The notes below the pieces were generated by a model, which saw nothing but the letters and a program-made list of their open reading frames with translations, did not search any database and was not told where the DNA came from. Below are positions 56,764 through 64,000 of a DNA stretch of 64,000 bases, in pieces. The position numbers were made by a program, and so were the translations under genes. Source of the stretch: an uncultured Bifidobacteriaceae bacterium (GTDB taxonomy: Bacteria > Acidobacteriota > Vicinamibacteria > Vicinamibacterales > UBA2999); assembly GCA_964535675.1 (NCBI GenBank), contig CAZHTD010000010.1, positions 2,100-66,099 of the forward strand, read 5' to 3'. The stretch's first letter is position 1; the number at the start of each line of letters is the position of its first letter.

Positions 56764-59172
56764 ATGGCTGAGCAACCCAGTGCAACTCCTGACACGACGG
56801 TACCGGGAACAACCGTCCTGCCGTCGTTCGCCAACGCGCTGCCGTACTTCGTTTCACTAGGGCTGTTCCCGCTGCTGGCCATTGCCGCGATGCAGGGTGG
56901 CTGGTGGATTGCCGCTCCTTACCTCTATTTCATGATTCCAGATGTCTTCGATGCCATGTCCGGCGCTGACGAAGGGAATATGGACCCGCGGCGCACGCTT
57001 GACCGCCAGTTGTCCTGGTACAAGCTCGCCGTCTGGGCGTGGGGAGTCCTTTGGCCGGTCACGTTGGTGTTCTCGCTTTGGCAGATGCTGGTACTGAACC
57101 ACCTCTCGTGGGTCGAAATCATGTTTATGGCGTTCGTGCTGACCACTGTGGGGCAGGTCTCGTTCATCATCGGCCATGAACTGATTCATCGGCGTGCCGT
57201 TTGGGAGCGTCGACTCGGCGAACTTGTATTGGCGTCGGTCTCGTATCCGACCTATGCGTCGGAACACATCTTTGTCCATCATGCTCTAGCTTGCACTCCT
57301 GGAGATCCCGGTTCCGCGCCCAAGGGCGTGAGTTTCTGGAGTTACCTCCCGCGGGAAGTCATGAGCAACCTAACGGGGGCCTGGCAGTTCGAACAGCAGC
57401 GGCTGGCTCGACGTCATCGGCCAGTGTGGCACTACACGAACCCATTCTGGCGTTACGGCGGCCTGACCGTAGGCTGGTACGTACTCGTGTACTGGATGGG
57501 GGGGCCTTGGGCCGTGCTGTGTTACGCGCTTCTGTGCGGCGGCGTGATCCTCTCGATGAAGCTCATCAACTATGTCCAACACTACGGGCTCCGCCGCATC
57601 CGGCTGCCCAACGGTCGATACGAGCGAGTCTGGTCATGGCATTCCTGGAGCGCGGCGTACAAGTTGAGCAACTGGTTCTTCTACAACATGCAGCGCCATC
57701 CGGACCACCACATCGCGCCGCGTAGGCGTTATCCGGTGTTGCAGCACTGCGGCGACGATGCCGCACCGCAACTGCCGGGAACCTACATGGAGATGGCTGG
57801 CCTCGCGGTGATGCCCAAGCGCTGGTTCAAGAAGATGGATCCGCTCGTGGATCATTGGCGCAAACATTTCTATCCCGACATCGACGACTGGAGCGCCTAC
57901 GACAGCCTGGCAACCGCAGAACGCCCAGAGGCGTTCGAGGAAATTACCGAAATCTTCGCTTCGGCGCCTCGACTAGCGAGCAGGATCAATCGGGCTCCGG
58001 AGCTGCTCGATACGCTCAGGGACAAGGAATTTACCGATCTCGATCTGCCGAAGGGGTTCGGTCCGAACGAGGACTTCGAGGCGATCGCGCGCTGCGGCCT
58101 CACGCGGCTCTACTGGACGCGCGAGTTCGACGTCCCCGAAATGCGTGAGCGCATTGCCGACTACCCGGTGCAGGACGTGCACGACACCGTAAACGCCACG
58201 CGGAACTGGTCCAACGACAAGGTGTTCCAAATCGGTATGCACACCCTGCGCTGCAACCTAACGCCCGGCGAGGCCGGAACGGCGCTGTCGAACGTCGCCG
58301 AAGCCACGCTGGGTGCAGTACTGGCAGCGATCGAAGAGGACTTCGCAGGACGCAGCAGCACGGGCGGCCTCGCCGCGGTGATGCTGGGTGATGTTGCGAG
58401 CCGCGAGGCGGCACCGGACCTCGAGCTCAAGCTCTTGCTGGTCTACGACGGTACGCCGGCGACACACTACGCCGCGCTGTGCCGGACGATTCGCGATGCA
58501 CTGCGCACCCTTACGCTCGACAACCTGCTGTTTGCGCCGGTGCCGAGCGAGGAGAACCGAATCACAGCCATGTCGCTCGCGGACTTCGCAGTCGGGGTCG
58601 GCAACGACGCAGCGGCGGTCGTACCTGGGGACCTGGTCCGGGCGCGGTGCATCTTCACGTTCGGCGACGCCGCGATCGAACGGCGATTCGAGGCAGCGCG
58701 GCTTGAAGCCGTCGCCCGCGAGGGCCGCCGTGCCGCTTTGATTGGCGAGGCTGACGAGACTGCGGGCGCTTCCGGCGAGACGGGTGCGACGCCGCTCGAC
58801 CCCGAACGCGGCGGTTTCCTGGATATCGAGCAGGCTGCCACCACGCTACGCCAGAAACTTGCCATCGCAGATGACGGCGTTCGTGCACTCGGCGCCGCGT
58901 CAGTGTTCCGCACGGCTGGCGAGCGCGGACTCGTTGACGGCGCTGCCGCCGAGCGCCTAGCACAAGCGGCGACCCTGTGGCGCAACCTGTACGGGATACG
59001 CTGCCTCATTGCCAAGGGTGATCTCGACATCGAGTCAGCCAAGGCCGGGGTCAGAGCGACCATCGCCCGTGCGTGCGGCTTTGACGATTTCGACGCATTG
59101 ACGGCGACCGTCCGTGCAACCGCGAGCCAAGCCGCCGCCGATATCGACGCACTGCAACCCTCGAACTGCTAG
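56764..59172 (+). CDS. AlkB-type integral-membrane alkane 1-monooxygenase fused to a GlnE-like (glutamine synthetase adenylyltransferase-type) nucleotidyltransferase module
   Basis: 802 aa counted from ATG 56764.

Residues 1 to about 395 have TM helices and all four AlkB histidine boxes: HELIHR, EHIFVHH, NYVQHYGL and QRHPDHH.

Residues about 400-802 are colinear with one GlnE NT domain plus its helical C-domain:
- NDKVFQIGMHTLRCNL..GEAG..LSNVAEATLGAVL
- LAAVMLGDVASREAAPDLELKLLLVYDG
- RGGFLDIEQAATTLRQK
- LAQAATLWRNLYGIRCL

The G-x-G-G..S / DxD catalytic signature is not conserved. Confidence 0.85.
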   Translation: MAEQPSATPDTTVPGTTVLPSFANALPYFVSLGLFPLLAIAAMQGGWWIAAPYLYFMIPDVFDAMSGADEGNMDPRRTLDRQLSWYKLAVWAWGVLWPVTLVFSLWQMLVLNHLSWVEIMFMAFVLTTVGQVSFIIGHELIHRRAVWERRLGELVLASVSYPTYASEHIFVHHALACTPGDPGSAPKGVSFWSYLPREVMSNLTGAWQFEQQRLARRHRPVWHYTNPFWRYGGLTVGWYVLVYWMGGPWAVLCYALLCGGVILSMKLINYVQHYGLRRIRLPNGRYERVWSWHSWSAAYKLSNWFFYNMQRHPDHHIAPRRRYPVLQHCGDDAAPQLPGTYMEMAGLAVMPKRWFKKMDPLVDHWRKHFYPDIDDWSAYDSLATAERPEAFEEITEIFASAPRLASRINRAPELLDTLRDKEFTDLDLPKGFGPNEDFEAIARCGLTRLYWTREFDVPEMRERIADYPVQDVHDTVNATRNWSNDKVFQIGMHTLRCNLTPGEAGTALSNVAEATLGAVLAAIEEDFAGRSSTGGLAAVMLGDVASREAAPDLELKLLLVYDGTPATHYAALCRTIRDALRTLTLDNLLFAPVPSEENRITAMSLADFAVGVGNDAAAVVPGDLVRARCIFTFGDAAIERRFEAARLEAVAREGRRAALIGEADETAGASGETGATPLDPERGGFLDIEQAATTLRQKLAIADDGVRALGAASVFRTAGERGLVDGAAAERLAQAATLWRNLYGIRCLIAKGDLDIESAKAGVRATIARACGFDDFDALTATVRATASQAAADIDALQPSNC

Positions 59173-59422
59173 ACACTAGCAGGCTGCTGAAAAGGTTCGC
59201 ACAAGGGATCGACACCCCGATCCCGACCTCTCCGCGGTCTCCCCATTCCGTCTAATGTCATCTCCGGCACATAGCCCAATCCGAGGGGAGGGCTGGCCGC
59301 AGCGTCTAGGCGCAGTCGTGGCCTTGGGCTGCCGCCTCTGCTCACATGGCACAGCGGGAGGATTCCTGGTCGACATCGCCGACCGCGACGCGCTCTATCT
59401 GGCAATGGAAGAGGACGAGTGA

Positions 59423-59790
59423 GTGCTGGTCGTTGACACAACCGTGCTCGTCTATGCGGTCGATTGGACTCACCGCTCCATGTTGTCTGCCGCGACCGCG
59501 CCTGGCAGGCTCGCCATGATGCATCGCCCGCCTTCCTCACCTAGGGCATCTGCTACGAGTTTCTGCGCCTCACCACCCACGCGCGTGCCCCGGTGACTCC
59601 GTGGGCTCTCCCGGCGGCTTGAGGATAGCTCGAATCGCTGCTTCCCCGCGCCCGACGCATATCACTATCGGTCCGGCGATCTTGCACAGCGCTCGTCTCC
59701 GCACGACAACTGCTCCTCGTGCGAGCGCCCTACGGCGTCCTCGTCATATATCGCGTCGACCTTACGCCGGACTCCGCCAAGTTGATGGCG
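59423..59790 (+). pseudogene. PIN-domain VapC toxin remnant (frameshifts and in-frame stops)
   Basis: GTG 59423 opens VLVVDTTVLVYAVD, the canonical VapC N-terminus. The continuation appears in other frames (DSPLHVVCRDRAWQAR..., GICYEFLRLTTHARAPVTPW). An upstream ORF ends in ...FLVDIADRDALYLAMEEDE immediately before the GTG (stop at 59420-59422, abutting it), as in vapB-vapC pairs. The 3' limit is approximate. Confidence 0.5.
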
Positions 59791-59900
59791 CTCCTCGCCC
59801 ACGGGCCGTGCCGAGAGGTACTGTTGTCTGAATGTCGGCACTCGAGAGGGGGTGCCAGCACCGGTTACACACCGGGGAGTGGGAGAACAGCGGCCGCAAG

Positions 59901-60323
59901 CTAGCCGATGAAAAGGGCATCCTCGTCTTCGGCCGCAGCAGGCCGACGCGATGCCCGGGAGGCCCGTAGATCGCGGAGCGACGCCACGACGGCCTTCAGC
60001 CCCTCGATCACCGCGTAGCCCTCACGCAGCGGTACGAGCACGCCGGCCTGGACCGTGGCAGCGGTCTGCTCCAATCGCTGGGCGAGATCCTTGGTAACCT
60101 CATCCAGCCGATCGACCTGGCTCGCTGCAGCGGCCGTCGCCCGGGCTGCGTCGGCCGCGACTGACTGCAGGCTCGCGACGATGGGCCGCAGGTCTTCCTC
60201 GACGCGATCGGCTAGGCGCCCGACGCGGCGTGCGGCCCGGGCCGCAACGATGATCACGGCCACCTGAATCGTGGCCATCACCACGACCGCCAACGCGATC
60301 ACACCTAGAAAGACGTCGCTCAC
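59901..60323 (-). CDS. DUF948-like membrane-anchored coiled-coil protein
   Basis: 140 aa. An N-terminal TM helix (FLGVIALAVVVMATIQVAVIIVAA) followed by an Ala/Arg/Asp/Leu-rich helical region typical of DUF948. Confidence 0.75.
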   Translation of the reverse strand: MSDVFLGVIALAVVVMATIQVAVIIVAARAARRVGRLADRVEEDLRPIVASLQSVAADAARATAAAASQVDRLDEVTKDLAQRLEQTAATVQAGVLVPLREGYAVIEGLKAVVASLRDLRASRASRRPAAAEDEDALFIG

Positions 60324-60613
60324 GCGCCCGACTCCTTCCCTTCTTCCTCTTCTTCGCGAGCATTCCGGTACGTCTCGCGCACCTTCTCGAACGTCGTGGC
60401 CAAGTTGTCGCGCTGTCGGTTCAGGGTCTGGCGGCCCTGCCGCGCCGCCTCGCTCGCGCGGTCTCGCCCCTCCCGGGCTCGCTTGCCGAGATACTCGCGC
60501 GCCTCGTCGCCGGTCGCCGGCGTGTAGAGCAGAGCGACGGCGGCACCGGCCAGCGCGCCGAACACGAATGCGGTCAGGAGACTGCCGGGACCGATTCCGT
60601 TGTGGTTCGACAT
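60320..60613 (-). CDS. YtxH domain protein
   Basis: 97 aa. The core GALAGAAVALLYTPATGDEAREYL is the YtxH signature (G...GA..ALL.AP.sG.e.R). Its stop overlaps the start of the DUF948-like gene by 4 nt. Confidence 0.8.
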   Translation of the reverse strand: MSNHNGIGPGSLLTAFVFGALAGAAVALLYTPATGDEAREYLGKRAREGRDRASEAARQGRQTLNRQRDNLATTFEKVRETYRNAREEEEEGKESGA

Positions 60614-60630
60614 GATGTCTGACGTCCCTT

Positions 60631-61671
60631 CTAGAACAGGCTTATTCTTACGTTCAGGAACCGTCGCGGGTCGGCCCGGATGTCCTGAACCAAGCTTCGT
60701 ACCTCGCCGACAGCTCCATTCATGTTCTCATACAACGCTTGGTCCTGAAGCAGGCGTCCGGCCGTCCCGTCTCCGTCGGCCAAACCGGCGGTGATCGTGT
60801 CGAGCTGCTCGGCCAGCGAGTTCAGCCGGTCGTACAAAGCCGTGTCGGTCATCAGCCGGCCTGCTGTGCCCTCACCGCGGTTCAGCCGTTCGGTCAGCTC
60901 GGCCAGGTTCTCGGTGGTCGAGGACATCGACTCGCCGAGCCGATCATCGCCGAGGAACTGCCCCAGGGTCCCCTCGCCAGCACGGATTCCGATCATGACG
61001 GCCTCAAGGTTCTCTAGGGCTCCCTCGAGCGACTCGGCCGCGGCCGGGTCGTTGATCAGCCGCGCGAGGGTGCCCTCGCCCTCGCCAAGGCTCCGTACAA
61101 CTGTCTCGGTCGACGTGATGAAATTGTTCAACTCCTCGTACAGAGTATCGTCGGTCAGCAGACGCCCCACCGTCCCCTCCCCGGACTGGACGCTCTCGAT
61201 CAAGCTGGTCATGGCCTCGAGGCTGGCCGTCGCCTGGGTGGTCACCGACGTGATGGACCCCACGGCGTCTCCGCTCGGCACCGTACCACCCTCAGCAATC
61301 GGCGTCCCAGTGCTGGCCGGGCTGATGTCCACCGACGCTTCGCCCAGCAGCGACACCGTGCCCAGGGAAGCAATCGACCCGGTGGTAATTCGCGACTGCA
61401 TGTTCTGGTTGATGCTCAGCAGCACTTCTACCTGGTCGCCCGTGAACGTGACGCCAGCCACCGCACCGATATCCACGCCGGCCAGCCGGACCGGCGACCC
61501 GGCGCTCAGCCCAGCCACATTGTCGAAGACCGCGCGCACCGTATACCGCTGCCAGAAGAAGCCGCCCCCGCTGCTCAGCAGCACGATAAGCACGACGACC
61601 ATGATCAGGGCAAACAGCGCCACGAGGCCGATCTTCAGCTCAGCCCAGGCCAGGGATCGAGTGCGAGGCAT
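60631..61671 (-). CDS. MCE/MlaD family protein with five C-terminal tandem repeats
   Basis: 346 aa. N-terminal TM helix, then an MCE domain (Y.V.A.F.NV.GL..GSPVRLAGV.IG.V), then five repeats of about 34 aa built on G(E/D)GT(L/V/A)(A/G)(R/Q)(L/F)(L/I/M).D..L. Confidence 0.9.
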   Translation of the reverse strand: MPRTRSLAWAELKIGLVALFALIMVVVLIVLLSSGGGFFWQRYTVRAVFDNVAGLSAGSPVRLAGVDIGAVAGVTFTGDQVEVLLSINQNMQSRITTGSIASLGTVSLLGEASVDISPASTGTPIAEGGTVPSGDAVGSITSVTTQATASLEAMTSLIESVQSGEGTVGRLLTDDTLYEELNNFITSTETVVRSLGEGEGTLARLINDPAAAESLEGALENLEAVMIGIRAGEGTLGQFLGDDRLGESMSSTTENLAELTERLNRGEGTAGRLMTDTALYDRLNSLAEQLDTITAGLADGDGTAGRLLQDQALYENMNGAVGEVRSLVQDIRADPRRFLNVRISLF

Positions 61672-61723
61672 CGTAGTCTTCCCTTTCCAGAAAGGCGCCG
61701 GTTTCCGCCGGCGCTCCTCACGG

Positions 61724-62503
61724 TTACGATAAAAACGTCTTCAGGTACGGGTTGGTGGAGGCCCGCAGCTCGGCCGCGGTGCCCTCGAACACGATCCCGC
61801 CGTCGCGTAGCATGATGAACTCCGCCTCCTCAGCCTTCTCTTCGCCGGCCACCTGCAACCGGATCTGCCCTTGCTCGCGCACCGCCTCGTGCGTGGCAAT
61901 GTAGAAGGCATCGCGCAGCTGGTGCGTCACGACGATCGAGCTCACGTTCTCGAGGTCACGCAGCTTGATGATCTCCTCGTCTACGGTCGTGCCGGTGATC
62001 GGGTCCAGCCCGGTCGTCGGCTCGTCGTAGAGCAGGACGCGCGGTTTGGCCGCCATTGCCCGGGCGATGGCGACGCGCCGCCGCTGGCCGCCAGAGAGCT
62101 CCGACGGCATGCGATCGGCGAACTCGCCGAGCCCGATGAATCCCAGCACTTCCTCGACCCGCGCGCGCACCTGGGTGGGCGGCTGGTGCAGCTCGTCGAG
62201 GAGCTTGTACCCCACGTTCTCCGCCACCGTCAGCGAGTCGAACAGTGCCCCCTCCTGGAACACCATGCCGAGGTCGGCGCGCACCGTCATCAGCTCGCGT
62301 TCGTTCATCCGGTCGACGCGCTCGCCGTTGACCCAGATCATGCCGCTGTCCGGGCGCAGGAGACCGAGGATCAGCTTCAGAATGGTCGACTTGCCCGCGC
62401 CGCTGGATCCGAGGAACACTTTCGTGTGCCCAGCAATCAGCTTGAAGCTGATCTCGCGCAGGATCACTTTCTCGTCGAAAGCCAGTGACACCTTGTCGAA
62501 CAT
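61724..62503 (-). CDS. mlaF: ABC transporter ATP-binding protein (MlaF-like)
   Basis: 259 aa counted from ATG 62503. Walker A GSSGAGKST, signature LSGGQRRRVAIARA, and Walker B LLYDEPTTGLD. An in-frame GTG at 62572, 2 nt after the mlaE stop, is an alternative start. The 534 aa track ORF is an artefactual extension over mlaE. Confidence 0.92.
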   Translation of the reverse strand: MFDKVSLAFDEKVILREISFKLIAGHTKVFLGSSGAGKSTILKLILGLLRPDSGMIWVNGERVDRMNERELMTVRADLGMVFQEGALFDSLTVAENVGYKLLDELHQPPTQVRARVEEVLGFIGLGEFADRMPSELSGGQRRRVAIARAMAAKPRVLLYDEPTTGLDPITGTTVDEEIIKLRDLENVSSIVVTHQLRDAFYIATHEAVREQGQIRLQVAGEEKAEEAEFIMLRDGGIVFEGTAAELRASTNPYLKTFLS

Positions 62504-62574
62504 GACGACCGGTGCCCCGGGCTCCTCCAGGCTCTCCTCGGCGGTCTGCGTCTGCTGGATGTCAAGTAACACGA

Positions 62575-63336
62575 TCAGTACAACAGCGTAATCAAGAGCC
62601 GTGTGACGAAGAAGTCCACAGCGATAACTGCCACCGAGGCGACCACCACCGCATTGGTAGTAGCACGCCCCACGCCCTGAGTGCCGCCCCGCGTGGTCAG
62701 ACCCACGTAGCAACCGATCGTAACGATGACGTAGCCGAGCACGAACGGCTTCACCAAGCCCATCCACACGTCGGCAAACAGCAGCACGTCGACCACCGAT
62801 GACCAATACAGGCTCGACGGCACCCGCAGCTGGAACACCGCGATGAGCCACCCGCCCACCATCCCCACCGAATTTGCGATCACGGTGAGGACCGGCGCCA
62901 TGAACAGCCCTGCCAGCATCCGTGGCACGACCAGCTTCCGCACCGGATCGGTGCCCAGGGCGCGCAGCGCACTGATCTGGTCGGTGACCACCATCGAGCC
63001 CAACTCGGCCGCGATACCGGAGCCCACGCGGCCGGCGAGCATCAGGCCGGTCAGCACCGGCCCCAGTTCCTTGATCATCGAGGCGCTGACCAGTTGGCCA
63101 ACAAACGGTCGGGCCCCGAACTGATCGAGCGTCAGCCCGGTCTGAAGCGCCAGCACGGCGCCGGTGAAAAAACCCGTCAGTACAACCACAGTGAGCGAGC
63201 CGAGGCCGATCTGCTCGAACTGCTCCACCACGTCGCGGAAATAGAACGGGCGCGTCACCGCGCCCCGCAGCGCTGCGCCCTGCATCCGCACGTACTCCTG
63301 GATCTCGCGGACGGCAGCTTTCACCCACTCGGTCAT
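62575..63336 (-). CDS. mlaE: ABC transporter permease (MlaE-like)
   Basis: 253 aa. MlaE/YrbE pattern (QF..IG..SL.VV.LTG.F.G.V.ALQ..., AELGSM.VT.QI.AL...G). Confidence 0.92.
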
Positions 63337-64000
63337 GACCTCGCCCGAACGGTCGCCGAGGCGGCCAGCCCGAGGTCCCGCGTCCGCAGAGCCTTCACGG
63401 CATCGCGCATCGTCGCCGCCCGTTCGAAGTCCAGATCCGCCGCCGCCGCCTTCATCTCTCGCTCGAGCCGGCCGATCTCCGCCGCCACCTCCGCAGCCGT
63501 GCGCGGCCCGGGGTGCGCGGGAGTCTCGGCGGCAGCTGTCGCGCAGTCGTCCTTGTAGACGCCCGACAGGAGCCCGTCGATGTCCCGCACCACCGATTCC
63601 GCCGTGATACCGTGCTCCTCGTTGTAGGCGGCCTGCAATGCCCGGCGCCGCTCGGTCTCGGCGATGGCCGCCTGCATCGACGCGGTTACGGTATCGGCGT
63701 ACATGATGACCTGTCCACGCACGTTGCGCGCGGCACGTCCGGCCGTCTGGATCAACGCGCCCGCCGAGCGGAGGAACCCCTCCTTGTCCGCGTCCAGCAC
63801 GGCCACCAGCGACACCTCCGGCAGGTCGAGCCCCTCACGCAGCAGGTTGATCCCCACCAGGACGCCGAACACGCCGCGCCGCAGGTCGCGCAGAATCTCC
63901 ACCCGCTCGAGCGTGTCGATATCCGAGTGCAGATAGCGCACCTTGACACCCAGCTCGTGGTAGTAGGCCGTCAGGTCTTCGGCCATGCGCTTGGTCAGCG
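63333..64000 (-). CDS. uvrB: Excinuclease ABC subunit B, C-terminal part (5' end lies beyond the window)
   Basis: Helicase C-terminal motifs ([45 protein letters not shown]) and the C-terminal UVR domain ([20 protein letters not shown]). The frame stays open to position 64000. Confidence 0.93.

Larger units (their letters stand above)
55205..59900. mobile_element. Degenerate tRNA-Val-associated genomic island
   Basis: It begins at the tRNA-Val 3' end and contains a broken tyrosine-recombinase gene, a broken vapC and a single intact cargo gene. It is visibly richer in A/T at third codon positions than the flanking core genes. The right boundary is not defined by a repeat I could find. Confidence 0.45.

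Noticed and set aside
59610-59650. A candidate attR for the tRNA-Val island. TCGAATCGCTGCTTCCCCGCGCCCGAC resembles the tRNA 3' end TCGAATCCACTAGCGCCCACC.
   Set aside because: The similarity is limited to TCGAATC and GCGCCC with an indel between them, and it lies inside the vapC remnant. That is not convincing as a direct repeat without a proper alignment.
61724-63328. A 534 aa ORF extending MlaF upstream across mlaE. Similarly, the ORFs at 36758-39193, 45568-47223, 48785-49909 and 20689-23160 have long N-terminal extensions.
   Set aside because: The extensions overlap neighbouring genes in other frames and have low-complexity composition. Homology begins at internal starts that abut or overlap the upstream stop codons.

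Overview
This is a 64 kb, very GC-rich stretch (roughly two-thirds G+C by eye) of bacterial chromosome. The host is a diderm, since BamD, an outer-membrane beta-barrel protein and MlaDEF are present. The phylum cannot be assigned from sequence alone; an Acidobacteriota- or Gemmatimonadota-like genome is only a guess. All calls come from reading the ORF translations and the DNA and recalling family motifs. No database search was run.

Most of the window is tightly packed housekeeping genes:
- an ilvB-ilvN-ilvC-ilvD operon followed by a bile-acid:Na+ symporter-like gene
- aminotransferase, coaD, rsmD and recG
- lexA-DUF3467, nth, rsmA, RNase J, ftsK and an AMIN-domain amidase
- pepA
- a roughly 10 kb aromatic amino acid operon on the minus strand (aroD/E fusion, trpEGDCFBA, chorismate mutase, DAHP synthase, tyrA)
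- a secreted S55-peptidase and beta-propeller gene pair
- an ECF sigma / anti-sigma pair
- aroC-def-fmt-rsmB-PASTA-rpe-thioesterase-bamD
- pgsA, a sugar-nucleotidyltransferase and a phosphomannomutase
- two tRNAs
- uvrB-mlaE-mlaF-mlaD-YtxH-DUF948

Two accessory patches interrupt this. At 5.7-8.6 kb there is a graveyard of decayed toxin-antitoxin, IS3 and IS256 fragments. At 55.2-59.9 kb there is a tRNA-Val-linked island with a broken integrase, a broken vapC, and one intact cargo gene.

The strongest non-obvious signals:
1. A textbook ribosome-mediated attenuator sits in front of the whole aromatic operon. It has a 27-codon leader peptide with Trp-Trp-Trp-Tyr, a G6/C6 antiterminator and an intrinsic terminator.
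2. The island cargo is an AlkB-type membrane alkane hydroxylase fused in frame to a roughly 400 aa GlnE-like nucleotidyltransferase module that appears catalytically degenerate.
3. Two long GC-rich, hairpin-rich stretches (10059-10535 and 49910-50493) could not be assigned to a coding gene or to any RNA family I can recognise.

No rRNA or CRISPR array was seen.
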